Assembly (NCBI GenBank): GCA_035699205.1
Contig: DASSBA010000209.1
Span: forward strand, 2,062-66,061
DNA from: Gemmatimonadales bacterium
Lineage (GTDB): Bacteria; Gemmatimonadota; Gemmatimonadetes; Gemmatimonadales; GWC2-71-9
Direction of reading: 5' to 3'
Length of the DNA: 64,000 nt
Part shown: positions 1 through 8,533 of the stretch, piece after piece
How the letters are laid out: each line of letters starts with the position of its first letter
Position numbering within the stretch: the stretch's first letter is position 1
Translations under genes and position numbers: made by a program
Notes under the pieces: model-generated
The model's database searches: none
What the model was told of the DNA's origin: nothing
What the model saw: the letters and a program-made list of their open reading frames with translations, nothing else

Positions 1-675
1 AACGCGTCGATCAGCCGCCGCGTGTTCTTGCGGGGGGACACACCGCCGACCGCGAGCACGTACGGCGGGGCCTCGCCGGTTTCCATCCCGCCCGGCGGCG
101 CCGTGAACAGCGGATCGAGCCCATGGTGGACCACATCGATCCGGGCCGCGGGCACCCCGGCCCGGCGGACCAGGTCATCCGCCGTATAGCGGGACACCGC
201 GATGAACCGGTCGGCCCGGCGCACGACCCAGGGGAACAGGGCGCGGTACATCAGGCGCACGCGCTGGCTGTAGAGCTCGGGATGCACCTGCCAGCCGAGG
301 TCGTGCACCGTGGCGACGCAGCGGTCTCGCGCGCGCAGCGCGAAGGGGAGAAACCCGTCCATCCCGTGGAACAGGATGCCGTTCTTTCTCGGCACGGATC
401 GCAGGCAGCCCCACTGGTCGAACCAGAGCTTCCACAGCGTCGCCTGCAGCGAGGCCTGCGGGAAGTCCGGCCGACGGGCGGACACGACCTCGCGGACGCC
501 CGTCAGGCCGAGGTCGAGCGGTGCCCAGCTCAGCACGGTGATATGGACGCGGCCGCGCCGGGCCAGCTCGCGGAGGAGGGTCTCCATGTACACCTCGATG
601 CCGGTCCGGGGTCCGGTGAGGTGCCGGGCGTTGACCACGAGCTCCAGCCGGCCGCCTGCGTCCCCGTCGGGCATC
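1..675 (-). CDS. Glycosyltransferase family 4 (N-terminal part; C-terminus lies off the window)
   Basis: Not in the ORF track because it runs off the edge. My reverse-strand translation is open from the ATG at 675: MPDGDAGGRLELVVNARHLTGPRTGIEVYMETLLRELARRG...FIAVSRYTADDLV...PYVLAVGGVSPRKNTRRLIDA. This is a typical GT4 N-domain plus the start of a Glycos_transf_1 domain. An upstream in-frame ATG at 791 is also possible. Confidence 0.75.
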
Positions 676-1086
676 AGCAGCAGGCAGTCCGGGCGAGCGG
701 GGGCGCGGTGCGAGAAGGCATTCGCTTCCTCAATAGAAGCTTCATGAGTCCGGAGTCTATCGTGCGCGGAACGTACACCGGCCGCCGGCATCGCGGCGAT
801 TGTCGAGGCATGGCCCCACCTGAGGTGCGAGTGCCACACTCCGGGACCAAGCAGGCCGGCTTACATCTGGCGCAAAAGCTGCAGCTGATCGAAGTTACGC
901 AGCAGGACTCCCGCCGGATCCACGACCGGGTTCAGCCACCGCGGGACGAGAGGTCAGCCGACCATCGATGCGTCCGTCGCTCCGAGATGCAATGTCGCAG
1001 GTGACCGGAATTCGCCGGCGCGCGCCCGTTCCCCGGGTTCGTGCCGGCGCTATGCAGCAGTTCTCTCCTCTGGTTTCGGGTTCCTC

Positions 1087-3102
1087 ATGATGACCATCAA
1101 AAGCGCACGGGTCTGGTTGCTCGGGATCCTCGTGGTCGCGGCCTCGGTCACCTGCCGGGAGGACGTCGCCGGGCCCCTGCCGCAGCCGGCCACGGTCCGG
1201 ATGGTTGGGGGCGACAATCAGGTCGGGCAGCTCGGTCAGCCACTGGCAGACTCGCTCGAGGTGAAGGTCGAGGATGATCAGGGACAACCCGTCGCCGGCG
1301 TCGCCGTCGATTGGACGCTGGCGGGCGGCGGAAGCGTGAGCCAGTCCCGCGGGCTCAGCGGGACGGATGGCGTGGTCGAGGTACAGCGGGTCCTGGGTGG
1401 CACCGCGGGCCCGCAGACCACGACCGCCACCGTTTCAGGCCTGCCCGCCGTGGTCTTTACCGCCATGGCGGAGGCGGCCGGGCAGCCCCGGTTGACGGTC
1501 GTCACGCAGCCGTCGGGTGCGGCGCAGGATGGTGTGTCGCTCGAGCAGCAGCCGGTCATCCAGGCGCAGGACGCCGCCGGCCAACCCCTCGGTGCCGGAG
1601 TTCCCGTCACCGCCACGACCGAGGGTGGCGCCGCGCTCTCGGGAACCACGGTGGTCCAGACTGACGGATCCGGGATGGCGCGGTTCGGCGACCTCGCGCT
1701 CAGCGGCCCCTCCGGCAGCTACACGCTGACCTTTTCCGCACCCGACCTCGGCGCCGTCCGGTCCACCCCGATTTCGCTCAGCACGACCATGGGGGCCCTC
1801 GGCCAGTGGACACCGCCCTTCGCCTGGCCGATCGTGGCTATTCACGTGGTGCTGCTTCCGGATGGCCGGGTGCTCTCCATCGGACGCACCGGGACACCCG
1901 AGGTGTGGGATCCTGCGACCAACAGTTTCACCTCGATACCCAGCCCCGCCAGGCTGTTCTGTGCCGGGCACGTCCTGCTCGCCGACGGCAACGTGCTGGT
2001 GGTGGGCGGCCATATCAAGGACGGGTTCGGACTGCCGAACATGACGGTGTTTTCCGGCGCCAGCAATACCTGGACGTCGGATGCGCCGATGCCGCGCGGC
2101 CGGTGGTATCCGACCGCCACCGTCACGGGTACGGGCGAGGTGGTCATTCTCGCGGGCACCGATGAGGACAGCGCCGACGTCAGCATCCCGGAGGTGTGGA
2201 ACAACGGCTCCCTGCGGGAGCTCACCGGTGCGGACCACACGTTCGGTTGGTATCCTCGTGCCTTTCTGACGCCGGACGGCAGGATCTACGTGGCAGGGGC
2301 GGCCATCCGCACCCGTTTCCTGTCCCTCTCCGGCTCCGGGTCCTGGACCAACGGTCCGATGCGGCTGTATGGAATCCGGGACTACGGCTCGGCGGTGATG
2401 TACGATGACGGCAAGGTCATCTATGCAGGCGGCGGATTGACGACCAACACCGCGGAGCTGATAGACCTGAACCAGGCGACCCCGTCGTGGCAGTGGACGG
2501 GCTCGATGGCGTATCCCCGGCGGCACCTGAATCTGACCGTGCTTCCGACCGGTGAAGTGCTCGCGACGGGCGGGGTCGCCGGCACGACGTTCGACGACGT
2601 GACCAAGCCGGTGCATGCGGCGGAGCTGTGGGATCCGGCCACCGGCAAATGGACCACGCTTGCAAGCAACGTCGTGACGCGCGGGTATCACGGCACCTCG
2701 CTCCTCCTGCCCGACGGCCGGGTGCTGAACGCCGGCAGCGGCGAGGGGGCCGGTGCGCCGGACGAACGGAACGCGGAGCTCTTCGCACCGCCCTATCTCT
2801 TCCGCGGCCCCAGGCCGGAGATCACCAACGCGCCTTCCGAGGTGTCCTACGGCGCGCACTTCAGGATCGAAACCCCACAGGCGTCCGCGATCACCCACGT
2901 CAGCCTCATCCGGCTCGGTGCGGTGACCCATGCCTTCGACCAGAACCAGCGGTTCCTGCACCTCACCTTCACCGCGGACGCGAGCGGACTCACGGTGACC
3001 GCGCCGAGCGAGCCGAATCGGGCGCCGCCCGGGCATTACATGGTGTTCATCCTGAATGGGAGCGACGTGCCGTCCGTCGCCCGGATCGTCCGGCTGTTCT
3101 AG
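1087..3102 (+). CDS. Copper radical oxidase-like (galactose/glyoxal oxidase family) lipoprotein with N-terminal Ig-like domains and C-terminal DUF1929-type domain
   Basis: Signal peptide with a possible lipobox (VAASVTC). Ig-like repeats follow (GDNQVGQLGQPL...). Kelch-type propeller carries FCAGH, GRWYPT, RGYHGTSLLLPDGRVL and VTHAFDQNQR, matching the Cys/Tyr/Tyr-His/His copper ligand pattern of GlxA/GLOX-type enzymes. C-terminal E-set domain present. Confidence 0.8.
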   Translation: MMTIKSARVWLLGILVVAASVTCREDVAGPLPQPATVRMVGGDNQVGQLGQPLADSLEVKVEDDQGQPVAGVAVDWTLAGGGSVSQSRGLSGTDGVVEVQRVLGGTAGPQTTTATVSGLPAVVFTAMAEAAGQPRLTVVTQPSGAAQDGVSLEQQPVIQAQDAAGQPLGAGVPVTATTEGGAALSGTTVVQTDGSGMARFGDLALSGPSGSYTLTFSAPDLGAVRSTPISLSTTMGALGQWTPPFAWPIVAIHVVLLPDGRVLSIGRTGTPEVWDPATNSFTSIPSPARLFCAGHVLLADGNVLVVGGHIKDGFGLPNMTVFSGASNTWTSDAPMPRGRWYPTATVTGTGEVVILAGTDEDSADVSIPEVWNNGSLRELTGADHTFGWYPRAFLTPDGRIYVAGAAIRTRFLSLSGSGSWTNGPMRLYGIRDYGSAVMYDDGKVIYAGGGLTTNTAELIDLNQATPSWQWTGSMAYPRRHLNLTVLPTGEVLATGGVAGTTFDDVTKPVHAAELWDPATGKWTTLASNVVTRGYHGTSLLLPDGRVLNAGSGEGAGAPDERNAELFAPPYLFRGPRPEITNAPSEVSYGAHFRIETPQASAITHVSLIRLGAVTHAFDQNQRFLHLTFTADASGLTVTAPSEPNRAPPGHYMVFILNGSDVPSVARIVRLF

Positions 3103-3144
3103 CAGGAGGCCGTCGCCAGGACCCCCGCGCGCGCGGTGGCGCGC

Positions 3145-4272
3145 TCACCGTGCCGGACGTCGCGGGCCCGACGACGCCTCGAGCACCCGCAGCGTCTCGG
3201 CGGCGCAGCGGCTCCACTGGAACGCGGCGCTGCGCTCGCGCCCGGCGGCAATCAGCCGCTCCCGCAATCCCGCGTCGTCCAGCACCTGGCGGATTCCAGC
3301 GGCGATGACGTCCACCGATTCGGGGTCCACCAGCACCGCGGCGCCCTCGGCCAGTTCCTTGGTGCCGTAACGGTCCGCGGTCAGCACGGGGCACCCCGCC
3401 GCCATTGCTTCCAGTACGGGCAGACCACACGACTCGAACAGGGAGGGGAGGAGCAGGGCGTCCGCCATCGCGTAGAGTCCCGCCAGGTCGTCCTGCTCCG
3501 CCCAGCCGGGCCAGCGCACCCACTCCGTGATGCCCAGCGCCTCGGGCTCGCGGAGCTCATGCTCGGAGAGGAACCGGTTCTCGCCGCCGGCGATGACCAG
3601 CGGGATGCCGCGCTCGGGGCCGACCTCGGCGTAGGCGCGGACCAGGCGGGTGAAGTTCTTCGGCGGATAGATGGCGCCGGCGTACAGCAGGAAGCGCTCG
3701 GGAAGCGCGTACTTCCGCCGGATTTCGTCCAGGCGCGCCGGCCCGACCGGCCGCCGGAACACGTCGTCCACGCCCGAATAGACCGTCACCACCCGGTCCG
3801 CCGGGACGTGCAGGTATTCCATGACGTGGCGGCGGGTGACCTCGGAAACCGCGATGATCGCGGCCGCCCTCGAGGCATAGCGCGGGACCAGGAACCGATG
3901 GCTCAGCCGGTCGACATAGCGCGAAGCCCACGGCATCACATACCAGTCGAGCCCGTGGCAGACCCAGACTGCGGGGCAGCCGGAGCGGAGCGGGATGGAG
4001 TACTTGGGATTGAACAGCACGTCGATGCGGTGGCGCGTGACGGCGCGGGGAACAGCAAGCTGGTCCCACTCGACGACGGACCGGGCCGGCAGGGCGATCT
4101 CCTCGACCCCCGGCTCGCCCCGGTAGGTGCCGACCAGGTCGGGATTGCGGTACAGCAGCACGAACTCGTGCCCGCTCCGCAGGTCGAGCAGCGACCGCAG
4201 CAGCTTGCGGGTATACACACGGACGCCGCCCTGATGCTGGTCGTAGTGCCGCAGCATCACCCCGATCCGCAC
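3145..4272 (-). CDS. Glycosyltransferase family 4
   Basis: 375 aa ORF starting MRIGVMLRHYDQHQGGVRVYTRKLL. C-terminal half has the Glycos_transf_1 pattern (LLYAGAIYPPKNFTRLV...LLLPSLFESCGLPVLEAMAAGCPVLT). Confidence 0.85.
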   Translation of the reverse strand: MRIGVMLRHYDQHQGGVRVYTRKLLRSLLDLRSGHEFVLLYRNPDLVGTYRGEPGVEEIALPARSVVEWDQLAVPRAVTRHRIDVLFNPKYSIPLRSGCPAVWVCHGLDWYVMPWASRYVDRLSHRFLVPRYASRAAAIIAVSEVTRRHVMEYLHVPADRVVTVYSGVDDVFRRPVGPARLDEIRRKYALPERFLLYAGAIYPPKNFTRLVRAYAEVGPERGIPLVIAGGENRFLSEHELREPEALGITEWVRWPGWAEQDDLAGLYAMADALLLPSLFESCGLPVLEAMAAGCPVLTADRYGTKELAEGAAVLVDPESVDVIAAGIRQVLDDAGLRERLIAAGRERSAAFQWSRCAAETLRVLEASSGPRRPAR

Positions 4273-4399
4273 GACGGCTTCTCCCGGAAAGTCTTCATGT
4301 TTCCTCGGCTCGCCTGACCTACATTATGCTTTCGGCGGCGCGCTGCAGGCCACCGGACAGCCCACGCCTCGGGTACACCTTCGTGCCGAGGGTTCGCGA

Positions 4400-6547
4400 A
4401 TGACGATCCCACGTACCATCCGCAATTGGGTTCTGGCCGGAACGCTCGCGGCCGCCTCGTTCACCTGCGGCGGGGACACCGCGTCGCCGAACGGCGAGCC
4501 AGCCGCGCTCGAACCGGTCTCCGGCAACGGCCAGGTCGGCCTGCCCGGCCAGCTCCTGCCCGATCCGCTCGTCGTACTGGTCAAGGATGGCCAGGGGCGA
4601 CCTTTACAGGGCGTCGCCGTCACGTGGAGCGCGGCGGACGGCGGCAGTGTGAGCCAGTCCAGCGTCACCACCGGGAGCGATGGCCTCGCCTCGGTGCAGT
4701 GGACGCTGGGGCCGACCGCCGGGCAGGAAACCGCGTCCGCGGCCGTATCGGGCCTGTCGCCCGTGCAGTTCACGGCCATCGCCGGAGCGGGCAGCGGGAT
4801 GACGCTCGTGGTCACGCCTCCCTCCTCGGCGCTGGACCACGAGGTGTTTCGTCCCGACCAGCAGCCGGTGGTCTTCGTGGCCGACGAAAACGGCGCGCCC
4901 GCTCCGGGCGTCACCGTGACGGCCGCGCTGGCCTCGGGCGGCGGCGGCCTCGAAGGCACCCTCAGCGCGACGACCGGCGCCGACGGCCGGGCTGCCTTTG
5001 GAGACCTGGGCCTGACCGGCTCCGGCGCCCAGACGATCGAGTTTACCGCTGGCACCCGGGAGGTCGTCTCCGGCCCCGTAACCGTGGCGCCGCTCTCCGC
5101 GGCCGCCACCACCGGCGCCTGGGGACCCGTCGTGGACTGGAGCGCGAACGGCGCCGACATCGTGCCGCTTCACATGCATCTGCTGCCCACGGGCAAGGTG
5201 CTCGCGTGGGGAAGGGCCGGGCAGCCGTGGGTGTGGACGCCCCCGGCCGACGGAGACCCCGCGGGCGCGGGGAGCTTTCAGGAGTTCCCGGTGGACACGA
5301 TGCTGTTCTGCGCGGGCCACGCGTTCCTGCCGGACGGGCGCCTGCTGGTCTCCGGCGGCCACTTCAACGACGATCAGGGACTGGAGGTCACCCATACGTT
5401 CGATCCGTTCGCCGAGCGCTGGAGCGCGCGCGGCGAGCTGCCCGACATGCACTCCGGCCGCTGGTATCCGACCGTGACCATCCTGCCCGACGGTCGGGCG
5501 GTGACGGTCGCCGGGCGCGACAAGCAGGATACGGTCATCGCCGTGCCCGAGCTGTGGGATGGGAGCCAGTGGATCCAGCTCACCGGCGCGGCCAAGGCGT
5601 TCCCCTACTACCCGCGCGACTTCGTGGCGCCCAACGGGCTCGTCTTCTACGCCGGCGAGCGGGTGCAGTCCTGGTGGCTCGACGTCAACGCGAACGGCGG
5701 CGCGGGCGGCTGGACGGCCGGACCGAGCCACGTCTGGAAGTTCAACCGGGACTACGGCTCCGCGGTAATGTACGCGCCCGGAAGGATCCTGTACGCGGGC
5801 GGCGGCGGACACCCCGGCACCAACAACCCGCACGACGCCACGTCCGCCGCGCCGACCAACACGGTCGAGCTCATTGACCTGAACGACGCAAATCCGCAGT
5901 GGCGCTCCACCGCCTCGCTGCAGTACGCCCGCCGGCACCTCAACGCCACCATGCTGCCCGACGGCGACGTGCTCGTCACCGGTGGCCTGAGCGCGGGCGG
6001 GTTCAACACCCTCGCGAGCGCGGTGCATGTGGCGGAGCTCTGGAGCCCGGGAACCGGTCAGTGGACGCAGCTCGCGAGCAACGCGGTGGACCGCGGCTAC
6101 CACGCCGTCTCGCTGCTCCTCCCGGATGGCGCGGTGCTGCATGGGTCGAGTGGGGACGCGAATGCCCCGCCGGGTGAGCCGGGTGCGGGCACCGCCTACC
6201 CGCGACAGACGAACCACGAGATCTTCTCGCCGCCGTACCTGTTCAAGGGAAACCGGCCGACCATCGACGGGGTCTCGAGCCCCGAGGTGGGCTACGGCCA
6301 GTCCTTCGACGTCCAGACCGCGTACGCCGCGCAGATCACGAAGGTGAGCCTGGTGCGCCTGGGCTCGGTGACGCACGCATTCGACCAGAACGGGAGATTC
6401 ATGGAGCTGCAGTTCTCCCGCGGCGGCGGTGGGCTGAGCGTGACCGCGCCCGCCAGCCCGAATCTCGCGCCGCCGGGCCACTACCTGCTGTTCGTGCTGA
6501 ACCGGAACGGCGTGCCCTCGGCGGCCAAAGTCATCCAATTGCGCTGA
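4400..6547 (+). CDS. Copper radical oxidase-like lipoprotein, paralog of 1087..3102
   Basis: Same architecture as 1087..3102: lipobox-like AASFTC, Ig-like repeats, FCAGH, GRWYPT, RGYHAVSLLLPDG, SVTHAFDQNGR, and a DUF1929-like C-terminus (PPGHYLLFVLNRNGVPS). Alignable by eye along its whole length with the first copy. Confidence 0.8.
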   Translation: MTIPRTIRNWVLAGTLAAASFTCGGDTASPNGEPAALEPVSGNGQVGLPGQLLPDPLVVLVKDGQGRPLQGVAVTWSAADGGSVSQSSVTTGSDGLASVQWTLGPTAGQETASAAVSGLSPVQFTAIAGAGSGMTLVVTPPSSALDHEVFRPDQQPVVFVADENGAPAPGVTVTAALASGGGGLEGTLSATTGADGRAAFGDLGLTGSGAQTIEFTAGTREVVSGPVTVAPLSAAATTGAWGPVVDWSANGADIVPLHMHLLPTGKVLAWGRAGQPWVWTPPADGDPAGAGSFQEFPVDTMLFCAGHAFLPDGRLLVSGGHFNDDQGLEVTHTFDPFAERWSARGELPDMHSGRWYPTVTILPDGRAVTVAGRDKQDTVIAVPELWDGSQWIQLTGAAKAFPYYPRDFVAPNGLVFYAGERVQSWWLDVNANGGAGGWTAGPSHVWKFNRDYGSAVMYAPGRILYAGGGGHPGTNNPHDATSAAPTNTVELIDLNDANPQWRSTASLQYARRHLNATMLPDGDVLVTGGLSAGGFNTLASAVHVAELWSPGTGQWTQLASNAVDRGYHAVSLLLPDGAVLHGSSGDANAPPGEPGAGTAYPRQTNHEIFSPPYLFKGNRPTIDGVSSPEVGYGQSFDVQTAYAAQITKVSLVRLGSVTHAFDQNGRFMELQFSRGGGGLSVTAPASPNLAPPGHYLLFVLNRNGVPSAAKVIQLR

Positions 6548-7418
6548 TGGGAGCGGCCAGCGTCTCCACCGCCTCGAGCCGCCCGTGCTTGCGGCCGAGC
6601 ATCAGGCGGGCGTCCTCCCGGTCTCCGGCGGAACGGTACACGGCAAACAGGGTCGAGCCCGAGCCGCTCATCCGGCACACGAGCGGATGTGTACCGGCCA
6701 GCGCCTCGAACGCGGCCCGTATCCCGGGGACGCGCTCGAACACGGGCGACTCGAAGTCGTTTCCCGCCATCCTGCCGATGTCGCCCCAGCGGGACAGGGC
6801 GTCGAGGTCGAGCGCTACCGCCCCGCGCCGGGCGGCGGTCTGTCGCGTCTGGTCCACCCAGGCGTAGGCGTCCGCGGTGCCGATGCCGGCAGGCGGCGTC
6901 ACCAGCAGGGCGGGGGCGGCGGGCAGCGGAGGGAGCCGCAGCAGGCGCTCGCCGCGGCCCCAGGCCAGCGCGAGCGGCGCTCCGGTCACGAAGAACGGGA
7001 CATCGCTCCCGAGGCGCGCCGCGAACTGGAGCAGCTCGTGCCGGGGGACGGCACCGTTCGCGAGGGCGTTGACGGCGTGGAGCGCGGCGGCCGCGTCGCT
7101 CGAGCCGCCGCCCAGGCCCGCCCGGACCGGAATCCGCTTGGTCAGCGTCAGGTGCACGCCGAAGCGATGCCCCGTGGCCTCGAGTACCAGCGCGCCCGCG
7201 CGCGCGGCCAGGTTGTCCTCGGGCGGTCCCACCTCCGCACCGTCCACGTCGATCGAGATGCCGCGCTCCGCCCGGCGCTCGGCGCGCAGCGTGTCCGCCA
7301 GGCTCACCAGGCAGAAGAGCGTCTCGAGGGTGTGATAGCCGTCGCGCTCGCGGGCGAGTATCCGGAGCAACAGGTTGAGCTTGGCCGGAGCGGAGACCGT
7401 GACGGCGTCGGCGCTCAT
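6531..7418 (-). CDS. ispE: 4-diphosphocytidyl-2-C-methyl-D-erythritol kinase
   Basis: MSADAVTVSAPAKLNLLLRI..., GHMP kinase motif IPVRAGLGGGSSDAAAAL. The track ORF 6531..8360 extends upstream into the neighbouring gene frame. The start at 7418 gives an ATGA overlap with the upstream gene. Confidence 0.9.
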   Translation of the reverse strand: MSADAVTVSAPAKLNLLLRILARERDGYHTLETLFCLVSLADTLRAERRAERGISIDVDGAEVGPPEDNLAARAGALVLEATGHRFGVHLTLTKRIPVRAGLGGGSSDAAAALHAVNALANGAVPRHELLQFAARLGSDVPFFVTGAPLALAWGRGERLLRLPPLPAAPALLVTPPAGIGTADAYAWVDQTRQTAARRGAVALDLDALSRWGDIGRMAGNDFESPVFERVPGIRAAFEALAGTHPLVCRMSGSGSTLFAVYRSAGDREDARLMLGRKHGRLEAVETLAAPISAIG

Positions 7419-8533
7419 GGCTGCTGGGGCGCGCGCAGATCGCTGAGTGCCACCGGCGTGCGCGCGAGCGACCAGGCGCCGAGCAGGATGATGGGAACGA
7501 ACGTGGTCGCATGGAACGCGATGGCGAACGACGAGGCGAGGTCGTTGGCCACGCCGAAAAGGGCGAGGCCGGCGACGATCACGGCCTCGAACTGCCCCAG
7601 GAAGCCGGGGGTGAGCTGGACCGTGATGCCGAAGACGAGGACACCCTGCACCAGGAGCGCCCCTGGATAGTCGACCGGAATGTCGAACGCCGTGAAGCCC
7701 ACGTAGAAGGCCAGGGCGTTCGTCATCCAGAGCACCAGCGACCAGAACACGACGCCGGCCAGCAGCCAGGGCGAGCGCAGTACCGACAGCCCGTGACGCA
7801 ACCCCTCGATCAGATTGACGAGACGCTCGGTCAGGCCCCCGGCGGGGAGCACCCGCCGGACCAGCCGCTCGGCGCCGAGCGGAAACGCGACGACCAGCAC
7901 CGCGGCCATGAGCGCAGCCACCCCCATGGCGCCGGCCACCTGAGCCGCGTGGCGGACCGGGACCCCCCCGACGGCCACGCCGGGTGGAAGCTCCGACGCG
8001 AGCAGCGCGAAGCTGAGCAGCAGCACCACCGCCAGTCCGTCGAAGATCCGTTCGACCGCCACCGAGGACAGGGTGCTGCTGAAGCGCGCGCCCGTGAGCC
8101 GGGTGGCGGCCAGCACCCGCACCAGCTCGCCGGCGCGGAACGGCAGCATGTTGTTGGCCATGAAGCCGATCGCCACGGCGTGCCACAGCGGGGCCGCAGG
8201 GAGCGGCCCGCCGCCGGTATCGCGGAGGAGCAGGCGCCAGCGGATCAGCCGGATCGGGTAGGTGAGCGTTGCGAGGACGACGGCGGCCACGAGAGGAACC
8301 GCGTGCGCGTTCCGCAGGTGGGTCAGGACCTCCTGCGGGTGGACGCCCCGGAGCGCCCACACCAGCAGCACGAGCGCGATGGCGGCCCCGAGAACGGCGG
8401 AGAGCGTCCGCCGCCGTCCATTCGGCGCCGCGGGCTCAGGATTCGGCAAGCGCGAGCGGGACGAGGTCGAGGAGCTCCTGCAGGAGCGGCTTGATCGACT
8501 CGAGCCCGCCGTCGCGCGAGAGTTCGGCGGCAA
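7415..8533 (-). CDS. Flippase-like / lysylphosphatidylglycerol-synthase TM-region family (UPF0104) membrane protein
   Basis: Multi-pass hydrophobic protein with a family-typical segment (AIGFMANNMLPFRAGELVRV). The start is uncertain: the annotated start overlaps the upstream gene by 98 nt, and an in-frame TTG at 8449 would reduce this to 14 nt. Confidence 0.7.
   Translation of the reverse strand: MPPNSRATAGSSRSSRSCRSSSTSSRSRLPNPEPAAPNGRRRTLSAVLGAAIALVLLVWALRGVHPQEVLTHLRNAHAVPLVAAVVLATLTYPIRLIRWRLLLRDTGGGPLPAAPLWHAVAIGFMANNMLPFRAGELVRVLAATRLTGARFSSTLSSVAVERIFDGLAVVLLLSFALLASELPPGVAVGGVPVRHAAQVAGAMGVAALMAAVLVVAFPLGAERLVRRVLPAGGLTERLVNLIEGLRHGLSVLRSPWLLAGVVFWSLVLWMTNALAFYVGFTAFDIPVDYPGALLVQGVLVFGITVQLTPGFLGQFEAVIVAGLALFGVANDLASSFAIAFHATTFVPIILLGAWSLARTPVALSDLRAPQQP

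Noticed and set aside
1435-3036. 533-aa ORF on the minus strand, opposite the first oxidase gene. Similar long ORFs include 4604..6538(-), 15491..17959(-), 20276..22315(-), 35268..37142(-), 49145..52447(+), 52608..54677(-), 61518..62957(-), and many others in the track.
   Set aside because: Their composition is extremely Arg/Pro/Gly/Ala-rich and they have no recognisable motifs. Each lies antisense or out of frame to a gene with clear family signatures. These are typical shadow ORFs of high-GC DNA.
1038-4388. A shared 9-mer TTCGTGCCG upstream of both oxidase paralogs (1038-1046 and 4380-4388), as a possible common regulatory site.
   Set aside because: The distances to the start codons differ greatly (41 nt versus 12 nt) and the surrounding sequence is not similar. 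A single 9-mer match in GC-rich DNA is weak evidence.
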